A stretch of DNA of 34,644 bases from a virus (taxonomy: Duplodnaviria; Caudoviricetes), in the IMG/VR virus record IMGVR_UViG_3300046009_008109, positions 1-34,644 of that record; one strand, 5' to 3'. This document shows positions 18,309 through 28,639 of the stretch, in pieces. The position numbers were made by a program, and so were the translations under genes. A model generated the notes under the pieces. That model had not been told where the DNA came from, made no database searches, and worked only from the letters and a program-made list of their open reading frames with translations. Every line of letters begins with the position of its first letter. The first letter of the stretch is position 1.

Positions 18309-20648
18309 ATGGCAGATTCAAAAAAGTTAATAACCAAAACTAGTCGTTTGCATAACGCAAGACAATTGATAGAATCAGTCACTGAGCCTGCTAATACGGC
18401 TTATTATGTGTTCATCGGTAATCACTTGGAGTATGCGAATACCAGTGACATTCCTCAACCTACTGATTCTGTTTTTGAGACACATATCGACGTATATCGT
18501 AATATGATTTACGGCAAAAGAATATCACAGAATGATGTGAGATTGATGATTAATAGAAATGATTATCAGTCAAACGTTGTCTATTCTATGTATGACGATA
18601 AAGTCGGTGAGGCAAATATTGCATTCTTTGACAGTAAATATTACGCTGTCGTGAATTCCGGTGCGTTTTATCACGTATTCAAAGTTTTAGACAACAATAG
18701 CGGAGCGCCTTCGACTGTTCAACCCGAATATAGTGAAGTTGATGTAGCTGACGAAATATATCAAACTTCTGACGGTTACAGTTGGAAATATATGTATTCT
18801 GTTAACGACAGCACAGTTAGAAAGTTTGCAACATCAGACTATTTCCCTGTTGTGCCTAATACGCAAGTTAGTTCTTCAGCACAAGAGGGCGTTATCAACG
18901 TCATAAAGGTTGAGGCTGCTGGTCGTGGATATGACAATTATTGCAATGGCACTTTCAGATCTGAAGATTTGAAAGTTGGCGGCAACAGTTTAATATACTC
19001 TATCAACGCTTCTCAGACAGCTAATACTGTAACTAGATTCTACAACGATTGTTACGTGTATATTTCTGCAGGGACTGGCGCGGGTCAATATTCAAAAATT
19101 ACTAATTATGTAGTCAATTCAACTGTAAAAGCAATTTATTTGCAGACGCCATTCTCAACACCCTTGTTAGCTGATTCTGTTTTTGAAATTTTTCCAGGTG
19201 TTGAAATTATCGGCGACGGAACAGAATCCGTAAAAGCAGAAGCTAGAGCTGTTATTAACAGTGCAGGTAATACCATTCAACGCATCGAAATGTTGAATAT
19301 AGGTTCAGGTTATAAATTTGCAACTGCTACTGTGTTGACAGATGATGTTGTAGGTGTCAGCAACACTGCAGTTATTAGACCCGTGTATTCACCCCCTGGC
19401 GGGCATGGTTATGACGCAGCTAGTGAGTTGGGTGCGACAAGAGTTTGTGTCAGTACTAGATTTTCCAACACTGATATAGACATACCTCGTATGAATGAAT
19501 ATAGAACAGTGGGATTGCTGAAAGACCCTATGTTCAGTAACGTTTTGATTAACTATACGGCATCCAATGGCAACTTCATTCCTAATGAGCAAATTTACAA
19601 AGTTGAGGGTGTTAGAATCAGTGATAACGCGACAATTTCTTCAACTGATACGACCGTTATAGCTGATGCCGATTTCACAAATCAATTGAAAAGTGGTGAA
19701 TACATTTACTTCAAAACAGACAGCGGATATCAATTGGCTGTTGTAAATTCGGTTGTAAACTCTTCATACGTCACGACTACCCAGAATAACTATTACAGCT
19801 GCACTGCTACGTCAATTTATAAGACCAATATTACGTCTTCGATTTCCGACATCGCATTAACATTCACTACGCTCACGGGCAATGTTTCTGTCAATACAAC
19901 TTCAGCTAACATGGTAGGAAACGGGACTCAGTTTTTGACAGAATTGATTGCAAATTCTTCACATGTTTTTGTATATGGCAATTCTTCGGGTGGCGGGCAA
20001 ATAAAAAGAGTCGTCAGCATAGCAAACAACATAAATGCTGTATTAGACTCTAATGTCTCATTTGCGAATACGACCGCGAAAGCACAGGCTGTAAATTACA
20101 CAATAACATCAGAAACATTATCGGGTGTGGGCTCTACTGAAGGGTTTATAACTTCAGTCGCAGTAGGGTCGCTGTTAGTTTCAAACGTTAGAGGTGTGTT
20201 TAAAACAGACGATTTCATAATTGGTTCTGAATCAGGTGCTACTGCAACAGTGACAACCATCAATAGAAACAATGTGAACAAAGGTTTTGACAATTTTGTT
20301 CAGATGTATAAGTATACTGTTTCTGGAGTCGCCGGAACATTCAATCCTGATGAATTAGTTTATCAAAGTGAATCCGGGTTGTTTGTCGAACAGTTTGCAA
20401 ACGCATATCTACATTCATCAGTGGATGACGGTGTTTCATTGAATTATTATGTCACAAATCAAACCGGTGTGTTCAATTCTGGCTACGATTTAATCGGGTC
20501 AGTTAGCTCTGCAACCGCTAACGTTGTTAATAAATATTCACCAGAGTTAGTATTTGGCAGCGGCGAAGTGATGTATATTGAAAAAATTGATTCTATAAGT
20601 AGAAGCAATACTGCGGCCGAAATCATCAGATTTATATTCGAATTTTAA
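18309..20648 (+). CDS. gp8: Baseplate wedge subunit
   Basis: R..NA.....SV, YY.FIG, FKVLDN.SGAPSTVQP, TSDGY.WKYMYS, SPPGGHG.D...ELG and SGEV.YIE....ISR.....E.I.....F. Confidence 0.9.
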   Translation: MADSKKLITKTSRLHNARQLIESVTEPANTAYYVFIGNHLEYANTSDIPQPTDSVFETHIDVYRNMIYGKRISQNDVRLMINRNDYQSNVVYSMYDDKVGEANIAFFDSKYYAVVNSGAFYHVFKVLDNNSGAPSTVQPEYSEVDVADEIYQTSDGYSWKYMYSVNDSTVRKFATSDYFPVVPNTQVSSSAQEGVINVIKVEAAGRGYDNYCNGTFRSEDLKVGGNSLIYSINASQTANTVTRFYNDCYVYISAGTGAGQYSKITNYVVNSTVKAIYLQTPFSTPLLADSVFEIFPGVEIIGDGTESVKAEARAVINSAGNTIQRIEMLNIGSGYKFATATVLTDDVVGVSNTAVIRPVYSPPGGHGYDAASELGATRVCVSTRFSNTDIDIPRMNEYRTVGLLKDPMFSNVLINYTASNGNFIPNEQIYKVEGVRISDNATISSTDTTVIADADFTNQLKSGEYIYFKTDSGYQLAVVNSVVNSSYVTTTQNNYYSCTATSIYKTNITSSISDIALTFTTLTGNVSVNTTSANMVGNGTQFLTELIANSSHVFVYGNSSGGGQIKRVVSIANNINAVLDSNVSFANTTAKAQAVNYTITSETLSGVGSTEGFITSVAVGSLLVSNVRGVFKTDDFIIGSESGATATVTTINRNNVNKGFDNFVQMYKYTVSGVAGTFNPDELVYQSESGLFVEQFANAYLHSSVDDGVSLNYYVTNQTGVFNSGYDLIGSVSSATANVVNKYSPELVFGSGEVMYIEKIDSISRSNTAAEIIRFIFEF
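20530..20536 (+). promoter_or_regulatory. Late promoter-like ATAAATA upstream of the VrlC-like gene
   Basis: AATAAATA, ~125 nt before 20661. Confidence 0.35.
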
Positions 20649-20660
20649 GGTTCAAAAAAC

Positions 20661-23600
20661 ATGACGCTAGAGACAGATTTAAACATTTCCCCTTATTTCG
20701 ATGACTACGAAGAAACAAAAGATTTCTATAAGATTTTGTTCCGTCCCGGAGTCTCTGTGCAGGCAAGAGAGTTAAATCAATTCCAGACTATTCTTCAAAA
20801 GCAAATAGAACGTTTCGGAGACAACATCTTCAAACGTGGCACCATCATTGATGGATGTAATTTTGTTTTTTACCCGACATATCAATATATTAAAATACTT
20901 GACAACCAAAAAGACGGTTTGCAAGTAATACCTTCGGATTATGTGGGTTATTTTGCGAAAAGTTCTTTGTCGATTAATGGTGTCAATGCGTTTATCATAA
21001 ACTATGAAGATGGTTTCGAGTCAACAGACCCTGATTTGAAAACCCTTTACTTAGATTACAACAACGCAGGAAGTAACGGCTCTACTAATTCGTTTGTTGC
21101 GGGTGAGGTCATCACAATTTATGATCCTACTTACCCTGTGTTTAGAGTTAAAGTTACTAATGGCGGCGTAGCATTTTCTAATAGTGATCAAGTGATTGTC
21201 TCACCTGCACTCGTAGTTAATGTTTCATCTGGCACGTTCACTAACGCAGAATATCTATATCAGCCGACAACGGGTGCGAACGTCCAAATTATAGGCATCG
21301 ACACGTCAACTCTCGCTTCAAGCAATCAGGTCATTTTGCGTATCAGACCTCGTGCGGGTGATTTGGCAAATCTTGCAGCAAACGTTTCGATGTGGACCGT
21401 TGCTAATGCAGAACCTGTGAGAAACTCTTCTAACACAGTTACTGCTGAGGTTGAAGGTTTGATTGGTGCAGGTTTGACAAGCACATTGACTACAGATTCT
21501 ACCGGAAAAATTATTGACATTGCCGTAATATCAGGTGGCGCTGGTTATACGACAAATCCGTATGTGACTGTAAAATCTGCCAACAATTCTTCTTTAACAT
21601 CAAATACACTAGTGTTAGAGCCGCAAAATTACTACGCAAACGTCCAAGTCGCATCAGTGTCGGAGAGTGTCGGTAATGGATATGCATTCGGTGTATCTGA
21701 AGGTGTCGTTTATCAAAAGGGATTCTTTTCAAGAGTTTCACCGCAAACTGTTATTGTGTCAAAATATACGCAAACGCCTAACTCTGTTGCTGTAGGTTTT
21801 GATACTGCAGAATCAATTGTTGACAGTAATATTGATACTTCATTGCTAGACAATGCAACAGGGACTGAGAATGAAAACGCACCGGGTGCAAATCGTCTGA
21901 AATTGTATCCTGAACTTGTCATAAAAACTTCTGATGAAGCTAGTTCAAATGATAACTTCTTCACACTTGTAGAATGGTCAGAAGGTCGTCCGTTCAAGCA
22001 GAATCAACAAACGGCATACAACAAAATTAACGACGAAATGGCCAGAAGAACCGCTGATGAAAGCGGTGATTACGTTATTAACAGATTCCAAGTAACGACT
22101 AGCTCAACGACAAATAGTTCATTTGAGGGTAATAGTTATTCTGTTGTTATTGACCCAGGCATCGCATACATTGATGGTTATCGTGTTGAAACTAAATCAA
22201 ACTATACTATTGATGTGTCAAAAGGTACTGACTTTTCCGCGACAAACAATCAAACTGTTTCGCTCGATTATGGCAATTATGTCCGCATTAGAGAAGTGGG
22301 TGGGTTGTTTCAATTCAGCACGGGTGATGTTGTAAAATTATATAATACTGCGAAACAGTTCATCACCAACGCAGCTGCTGCCACAACAGGAAATACAAAT
22401 CCGGTAGGGACACAAATCGGGACCGCAAGGATGCGTTCTATGATTTATTTTGACGGGACACCGGGAACTGCAAACGCTGTTTACAAGTTGTATTTGTTTA
22501 ACGTCAACATGAATGCGGGTAAGAATTTCCGTGATGTCAAATCAGTATTTTATGACGGAACAAATAAAGGTATCGCTGACATCCGATTGACACTGGACGC
22601 AACTTTAAATCAAAACGTAGCAGTTATTGAAGGTGTAAATAAAGAAACGCTTTTGTTTGATTCTGGCGTATATTCTTTGAAGGCAACTTCTAATAGTTAT
22701 TACACTTACAGAACAATTGACCAAACTATTACTGCTGCAAACACAGGTTTGATCACTAAAGATATATCAGGTATTGTGGGTGATTATTACCCGTATACAG
22801 GTGTGATTTCTGATTCTGAAATAAGGAAGATATATGTCGTTCCTACTAGCAACGCATTAACTGCATTCGCAGCAGCAGCAGGAAATGGTAGCGTAAATAC
22901 TACGTCTGCAAACGTCACCGGTACTGGAACTACATTTATCTCCGATTTCCAGGAAGGGGATTATGTATTCCTGTCACCTAATGCGACCGCTAACGCTATC
23001 AAGAGAATCGTTTCAGTCGTTAGCGACACTTTGATGGTGTTGGATTCTAATAGTTCTTTCGCCAACGTCAATTCTAAAATTTACAGATACTTTCCTAGAA
23101 ATGTTCCTATTCAACTGGGATCTAGATTGGTTGCAACACAAAACGGCCATTCAGCTAACGTAAACGCAAATGGTAACATATTGAATATCCAGTTCCGTTA
23201 CGCAAACGGAACTAACATGACTTTCGATTCGACAACTTCTACTGCTGCTAATGTTAGCTTAGGTGTTGATATTGAACGCCGTGACGTTACTCCGTTGACT
23301 AAAAATGCAAATCGTAAAGTTTTTGTGAAATACAATCTTGCAACCGCAAGAGGCAACACTGTAGGTCCTTGGTGTTTGGGTGTCCCTGATGCATTCCGTC
23401 TACGTTCGGTTTATATCGGAGGTTCTAGCGTAAATACATCATCTACTAGTGTAACAGAAGATTTCTTTATTGATCACAATCAGAACGAAAACTTCTATGA
23501 TCTTAGTTATCTGTATAAGACACCCGGTTCTTCGTTGTCATTGACTTCGAGCGATTATTTGCTTGTTGAGTTTGATTACGGAACGTCAACTGATTCAGGT

Positions 23601-25193
23601 TTCTTGAATACATTGTCATATACACAAGATTCTAATGTTGAAATAGTCACAACAAATGACAGTTTACCTCTTTCTAATTTGACAACAACATATAACAGCT
23701 TTGAAATTCCTGAAGTTTTCACTAAACAAGGCAAATACTATGACTTGATGGGCACGATTGATTTCCGTCCTAGAGCCGCAAATACTGTTTCTCCTAACAC
23801 AGCTCCTGCGAGCGCACCGTTGAATCCAACTTACGCTCTGTCATTCGGAAACACAGCTGATCCTGCCAATGACAAGAGATTCCCATTGCCACAAAGCTTG
23901 TTCAAAACAAACATTGAACAATATTTAGCAAGAATTGATTCTGTCTTTGCTGACCGTGACGGTGACATTTTTGTCGTCAAAGGAACTCCTGTTGTGAATA
24001 TGCAAAACGCAAAAATTCCCGACACTCCTTCGTATGCATTGAGATTGAATAACTTAGTCGTTATGCCATACCCCAATGCGCCGATGAATTATTCTGACAA
24101 TTTCAGACAAATTATCGACAGAAATATTGCAAACGAAAATCGCTCAAACGTAAGGATTAGAAACAGAACTATCACGACGCCGTTGACCAATTCTGAAATC
24201 GAAGAGGAACAACCATTCGGATATACGATGGAAGCAATTGGAAATCTTGACAGAAGAATCAAGGACTTGGAATATTATGTCTCACTGTCATTGTTAGAAA
24301 GTAATATGAAAGACCGTGTGATACCATCGTCAATTGATCCGAAATTATCAAGATTTAAATATGGATTCTTCATTGACGACTTCACTACAAACAAATATAC
24401 TGAAGACGATCACAAATCATATTCTGCTACAGTAGATCAGGATGATGTTATGCCTACAAAGGAAATCATAACGTTGTCAAGTCCTGTGACGACTATCAAT
24501 CAGCAATATATTGAATATAGCGTTGTTTCACAAAGAAACGCCACAAATCCTGCACCTCCGCGTCCTAATACAACCCCTAACACAACCCCTAATACGACAC
24601 CTAATACGACACCTAATACAACCCCTAATACGACACCTAATACAGTTGTTGTTGCTGCAAACACATGGGCGGTCCGGAAAGAACCTAGTAGAGGTAAGGG
24701 TGAAACATTTAATTTCACACTTTCTAGCGTTTCTGCCCCGGTTACATTGTATGGTCATTTTTACAGCGGTGCAGATGCTATAAAAATTTACCAAGGCAAT
24801 ACATTAATCAGACAGTCAAATTCGACACATCTGTCAAACTTAACTGCTGCTGACAAAACCAAATTGCAGTCGAATGTCGTTCCGGGTAAATGGTTTAATG
24901 GCATTACGTTCAAAAATTTTGTAGCTTCTACTAAAAGCGGCGACCCGGTTGTCAAAGATTCTTTCAAAATTTCATGGACACACAATCCTGCAAATGGTGT
25001 GAATTACACAATAAAGGTTACGAATTACTCTCAAGTTTGGAGATACGCAATTGAATATCCTATAAATAGTACTGTGGTATCCAACGGTGTCACTACTAAC
25101 ACAGGGGTAACCAATACCGTCCCACAACCTGTAATATATACAGGAAGAATGACAGTCACTCCTGACAAAATTGACATTAGTTACAGAATTTAA
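20661..25193 (+). CDS. VrlC/DUF4815-like large baseplate structural protein, N-terminal part
   Basis: LN.SPYFDDY...K.FYKILFRPG.SVQARELNQ.QTILQ.QIERFG..IFK.G, APGA.RLK, ARRT.DESGDY and YTM..IG.L..RI..LEYY.SLSLLE ... RFK.GF..D.F. Confidence 0.85.
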   Translation: MTLETDLNISPYFDDYEETKDFYKILFRPGVSVQARELNQFQTILQKQIERFGDNIFKRGTIIDGCNFVFYPTYQYIKILDNQKDGLQVIPSDYVGYFAKSSLSINGVNAFIINYEDGFESTDPDLKTLYLDYNNAGSNGSTNSFVAGEVITIYDPTYPVFRVKVTNGGVAFSNSDQVIVSPALVVNVSSGTFTNAEYLYQPTTGANVQIIGIDTSTLASSNQVILRIRPRAGDLANLAANVSMWTVANAEPVRNSSNTVTAEVEGLIGAGLTSTLTTDSTGKIIDIAVISGGAGYTTNPYVTVKSANNSSLTSNTLVLEPQNYYANVQVASVSESVGNGYAFGVSEGVVYQKGFFSRVSPQTVIVSKYTQTPNSVAVGFDTAESIVDSNIDTSLLDNATGTENENAPGANRLKLYPELVIKTSDEASSNDNFFTLVEWSEGRPFKQNQQTAYNKINDEMARRTADESGDYVINRFQVTTSSTTNSSFEGNSYSVVIDPGIAYIDGYRVETKSNYTIDVSKGTDFSATNNQTVSLDYGNYVRIREVGGLFQFSTGDVVKLYNTAKQFITNAAAATTGNTNPVGTQIGTARMRSMIYFDGTPGTANAVYKLYLFNVNMNAGKNFRDVKSVFYDGTNKGIADIRLTLDATLNQNVAVIEGVNKETLLFDSGVYSLKATSNSYYTYRTIDQTITAANTGLITKDISGIVGDYYPYTGVISDSEIRKIYVVPTSNALTAFAAAAGNGSVNTTSANVTGTGTTFISDFQEGDYVFLSPNATANAIKRIVSVVSDTLMVLDSNSSFANVNSKIYRYFPRNVPIQLGSRLVATQNGHSANVNANGNILNIQFRYANGTNMTFDSTTSTAANVSLGVDIERRDVTPLTKNANRKVFVKYNLATARGNTVGPWCLGVPDAFRLRSVYIGGSSVNTSSTSVTEDFFIDHNQNENFYDLSYLYKTPGSSLSLTSSDYLLVEFDYGTSTDSGFLNTLSYTQDSNVEIVTTNDSLPLSNLTTTYNSFEIPEVFTKQGKYYDLMGTIDFRPRAANTVSPNTAPASAPLNPTYALSFGNTADPANDKRFPLPQSLFKTNIEQYLARIDSVFADRDGDIFVVKGTPVVNMQNAKIPDTPSYALRLNNLVVMPYPNAPMNYSDNFRQIIDRNIANENRSNVRIRNRTITTPLTNSEIEEEQPFGYTMEAIGNLDRRIKDLEYYVSLSLLESNMKDRVIPSSIDPKLSRFKYGFFIDDFTTNKYTEDDHKSYSATVDQDDVMPTKEIITLSSPVTTINQQYIEYSVVSQRNATNPAPPRPNTTPNTTPNTTPNTTPNTTPNTTPNTVVVAANTWAVRKEPSRGKGETFNFTLSSVSAPVTLYGHFYSGADAIKIYQGNTLIRQSNSTHLSNLTAADKTKLQSNVVPGKWFNGITFKNFVASTKSGDPVVKDSFKISWTHNPANGVNYTIKVTNYSQVWRYAIEYPINSTVVSNGVTTNTGVTNTVPQPVIYTGRMTVTPDKIDISYRI
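24564..24644 (+). repeat. 12-nt tandem repeat (~6.75 copies) encoding PNTT
   Basis: cctaa(t/c)ac(a/g)ac(c/a) units at 24564, 24576, 24588, 24600, 24612, 24624 and 24636 (partial). Confidence 0.95.
25061..25068 (+). promoter_or_regulatory. Perfect T4 late promoter box TATAAATA
   Basis: Exact TATAAATA, ~210 nt upstream of the ORF at 25278. Confidence 0.5.
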
Positions 25194-25277
25194 TAGGGTC
25201 TCACATGCTGTATATTCCCCGAACAAAACTGCGTCAAAATCATTTGTCAATAGACAGAATAACAATGAGTAATAACA

Positions 25278-25622
25278 ATGGCTAACATACAGACAAAACC
25301 TTTAAGTTTTGAAGTTTCTTGTTCGGGATTAAAACCGAAAACGAAACATGATTTTTATTACAAAAATAAAAAAATGATTAATGAATGCAAGTCTTTGATG
25401 CCTGGGCCTGATATATCCAGTACTACTTTAGTATCGGATGAAAAGGGAAATCTGAAATTTAGATTTCAAATGGAAGTTAAGTATACGATAAAGAAAAAGC
25501 GTTTTCTTATATTTTTTAAGAAGAAATACTTGACACTCGAAGAGCCGCCAGGTGATGCACTATTTGAAGTAAGAGCACAGAATTCAAGTGCGAAGTCACT
25601 TGTTCAATTTAAAGATTTCTGA
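25278..25622 (+). CDS. VrlC/DUF4815-like middle fragment
   Basis: F.V...GLKP.T.H.F ... SD..G.L.F.F resembles an internal segment of full-length VrlC-like proteins. Confidence 0.6.
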   Translation: MANIQTKPLSFEVSCSGLKPKTKHDFYYKNKKMINECKSLMPGPDISSTTLVSDEKGNLKFRFQMEVKYTIKKKRFLIFFKKKYLTLEEPPGDALFEVRAQNSSAKSLVQFKDF

Positions 25623-25635
25623 GGAAAATAATAAC

Positions 25636-28431
25636 ATGGATAACGTCATTTTTAATTTTGCACAATCATTTTTTATAGATTCACAGGCAATTAAAAATGC
25701 AAAAGAAGTGGATTTATCTTCCATTGATTTGTATTTCAAAAGAAAACCTGCGTTCGCAGGTAATAAATCCAACATAGAAGGCCCTGGGGTCACAATATTT
25801 CTGTGCGAAGTTGACGGCAGCAAAAATCCCAACGTTCTATCATATATTAACGGCAGACCACTAGGAATTTCTACTGTAGAATATACTGATATCCAAAATT
25901 CGGCTGATGCATCAAGAACAACTAAATTCAAATTCGACAAACCTGTCAAGGTTAAGACTAACAAAGAATATGCGTTTGTAGGCATATTTGATGGGAATGA
26001 AATTTTTGAACTTTGGACAAGCAAGCAAGGAGATTTATTGGTTGGTACTAATACCGTATCCCCCGGTCCCTCAGGTAAATACGTAGGTAACTACTATAAC
26101 AGCATAACGTTGTCAAGGCAGTCTTTATCAACTGTTAAAGACGCGACAAAACCTGATGTAGTCACACCTTCATGGAGACCTTCTACTGATACGGATTTGA
26201 AATTTGAGGTCAACGTTGCAAGATATTATGTCAATGGTGTTCCGATAGGTAACAATTCAATTGCTAGCAGTTTGCCAGTTAATGTAGAAATCATACAAAC
26301 GTCTACAAGCCAAGCTATTGCAAACATTGTTTATACAGCGGGAAAGGTGACATATTCAGTTGGTGCAGGTTCACCTGAATTTATCGCATACGACAGAAAA
26401 ACATCAAACATTCAAAGAATTTCTGGTGGCGAAAGAGTATACCAGAATACTGTGTTTTACCCGGGCGGGTCTGCTAACGGAATCACTGTTTCCGTTGCAA
26501 AAGGTAATACTGTAATCACAGCAAATTCTAACTACCCTAACGGCTCTGCGTTCTCATGGAATGACGTATACACATCAGGTAGCTCTGATGAAGAATATAT
26601 TGTTATCGTGAGCACTCACCCCTCTCAAGGTAGAAACACAAACATCAGAAAAGTTGTAAGTATTGTTTCAAATACACAATTGCTTCTTGATGTCGCAACT
26701 GATTTCACAAACACAGCAGCATATTTCATAAAATCACCTGTGGCTGAAATTTCAACAGTAGAACAGATGCAATATTTCAATTACGGCGCAACCACAATAC
26801 CTAAAAGAAGGGAAAGAGTTACTCAAGATATATTGATGTTGAATAACTCTAATGCAAACGCCACAAACAGATTTGTGAACGGGACGATTAATTCTGTTTC
26901 AGTTGTCACAGGTGGAACAGGTTATAGTAATACAGATTATGTCACCATCAGCGGTTTCGAGAACACTAGTTCAGTGACTGGTGGATATGTTGGTAGGGCG
27001 AATTTAGTTGTCAACGTAAGCACTGGTGCCATTATGGCAGTTCATCTATCCAACGTGGGCGCAGGATTCTCTAATTCAGCAAATCTGACATTCACGATTT
27101 CAAATAACAGCGGTGGATCAACTGCCGGCATAAACGGCAACTTGTCGTTCACTGTTGGTACCGTGTTGCGCGGTGAATATGACGGAAGAACTTCTACAGC
27201 AACTGAGTTCGGTACTGGCGGCGTATTCAATGACATTCGCGTTGTCAATTTAGAATTCTATAATTTCAGTTTTTTTTGTAACACTACAACCTTCGCAGGT
27301 TCGTCAACTAATTTCAGATTTTACACGCCATATTATGTGTTGTTCGACAACGCAACTTACCTAGGTTCTTCTTATCGCAGCCTAGCATCCGGAAATGTCA
27401 AAAAAATCCCGATAAATCGTTCTGAATTAAAATACATCGACTACGGCAATATACCAGTGCTTGTCTCAGGATCGAATGAGTTTGTCATTAAAAACGACGG
27501 TACTGGTGCAGTAAATGCCACCCCTACTCCCGGTAGTGGCATCATTGAAATTGACACAGTGTCAAACAATGATTTCGTATCTATATCAGTTTCTGATTTA
27601 GTTATGACTTATGACAAATTCAATGTAAACGGTGATTATTCAAATGAAAACACTGATTACGGAAATGCTGCTTCAAAGCACATAACGAAAAAAATCAATT
27701 TTGACAATGAACGTTTCGCTGAAGATTTAGTCGTATACTTGACTGCATACAGACCTTTGAACACAGACATTAAAGTTTTTGCTCGTGTCCATAATAGTAA
27801 AGACCCTGAAGCGTTTGATGACAAAGATTGGACTATGTTAGAACTGAGATCAGGTAACATATACAGTTCATCGGCTGCCGCGGACAATTACATCGAAATG
27901 GAATTCGGTTTCCAGAACTCCCCTAATGTCGCATTTGACCTCGCAGGGACTGTGAATGTCGCAACCACAAGCACCGTCACTGTAATCGGAACCGGAACTA
28001 CTTTCTCAACCAATGCAACCGCAAACTTGCAAGTGGATGATTTGGTGAAAATTTATTCGCCGTTATTCCCGAACAGTTATGCGATTTCAGTTGTGACTGC
28101 TGTTGATAGCGACACACAATTCACTATCAGTTCACCGACTGGCAATGCTGATATTACAGGCAGTGGTTTGAAGGTCGGATTTATCGGTAGAGTCGGAAAC
28201 AGTTCAATAAATGCACTGGGTTATCCGCTACAGGCATTCAACAACAGGAACAATGATAACGTAGCTCGTTACTATAGTTCTTCTATGATGGAATATGATA
28301 CATACGACACTTTACAGTTGAAGCTTGTTTTCTTGGCTGATATTTCACAAGTCGACAGCCCATCTTCAAACGTCCTCCCGACAACAATTCCTAGAGTCGA
28401 TGACATTAGAGCAGTAGGAGTAACATCTTAA
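25636..28431 (+). CDS. VrlC/DUF4815-like C-terminal part (931 aa)
   Basis: FAQSFFID, LSSIDLYF..KP, T.F.F..PV, DLKF....A.., ITK.I......EDL.VYL.A.RP..T.I.V and P.V.D.RA. Start at ATG 25636, after GAGG. Confidence 0.75.
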   Translation: MDNVIFNFAQSFFIDSQAIKNAKEVDLSSIDLYFKRKPAFAGNKSNIEGPGVTIFLCEVDGSKNPNVLSYINGRPLGISTVEYTDIQNSADASRTTKFKFDKPVKVKTNKEYAFVGIFDGNEIFELWTSKQGDLLVGTNTVSPGPSGKYVGNYYNSITLSRQSLSTVKDATKPDVVTPSWRPSTDTDLKFEVNVARYYVNGVPIGNNSIASSLPVNVEIIQTSTSQAIANIVYTAGKVTYSVGAGSPEFIAYDRKTSNIQRISGGERVYQNTVFYPGGSANGITVSVAKGNTVITANSNYPNGSAFSWNDVYTSGSSDEEYIVIVSTHPSQGRNTNIRKVVSIVSNTQLLLDVATDFTNTAAYFIKSPVAEISTVEQMQYFNYGATTIPKRRERVTQDILMLNNSNANATNRFVNGTINSVSVVTGGTGYSNTDYVTISGFENTSSVTGGYVGRANLVVNVSTGAIMAVHLSNVGAGFSNSANLTFTISNNSGGSTAGINGNLSFTVGTVLRGEYDGRTSTATEFGTGGVFNDIRVVNLEFYNFSFFCNTTTFAGSSTNFRFYTPYYVLFDNATYLGSSYRSLASGNVKKIPINRSELKYIDYGNIPVLVSGSNEFVIKNDGTGAVNATPTPGSGIIEIDTVSNNDFVSISVSDLVMTYDKFNVNGDYSNENTDYGNAASKHITKKINFDNERFAEDLVVYLTAYRPLNTDIKVFARVHNSKDPEAFDDKDWTMLELRSGNIYSSSAAADNYIEMEFGFQNSPNVAFDLAGTVNVATTSTVTVIGTGTTFSTNATANLQVDDLVKIYSPLFPNSYAISVVTAVDSDTQFTISSPTGNADITGSGLKVGFIGRVGNSSINALGYPLQAFNNRNNDNVARYYSSSMMEYDTYDTLQLKLVFLADISQVDSPSSNVLPTTIPRVDDIRAVGVTS

Positions 28432-28432
28432 A

Positions 28433-28639
28433 ATGATGCACAAAACTAACGCAGAAGGTTATTCGAAAGATTTAAACTCGGGAGTTGTTGTCAACACAAA
28501 CAATCGAGATTATAGTGCCTACATTCAAGAAAGAGAGCGCATTAAACAGATGCGTGACGTTCAAAATGAAATCACTTGGTTGAAAAAAGAATTTGCCGAA
28601 TTAAGAGAACTTTTTAAAGAATTTTGTGAGAAAAAATAA
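28433..28639 (+). CDS. Small conserved protein downstream of VrlC-like genes
   Basis: KD..SG.VVNTN..DY..Y plus a coiled-coil C-terminus; tightly coupled to its neighbours. Confidence 0.65.
   Translation: MMHKTNAEGYSKDLNSGVVVNTNNRDYSAYIQERERIKQMRDVQNEITWLKKEFAELRELFKEFCEKK

Noticed and set aside
24564-24644. Tandem repeat as a CRISPR array or replication origin
   Set aside because: There are no spacers, and it is an in-frame coding repeat with only synonymous variation.
25194-25277. tRNA, intron or ncRNA in the 84-nt gap
   Set aside because: I could see no cloverleaf, strong stem or intron core.
25588-25635. GTG start for the 947-aa ORF
   Set aside because: ATG 25636 follows GAGG and avoids overlapping the previous gene.
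11458-28431. Stop-codon reassignment as the cause of the split gp5 and VrlC genes
   Set aside because: Breaks occur mostly at TAA, and most also involve frame changes. TAA, TGA and TAG all terminate conserved genes at the expected positions.
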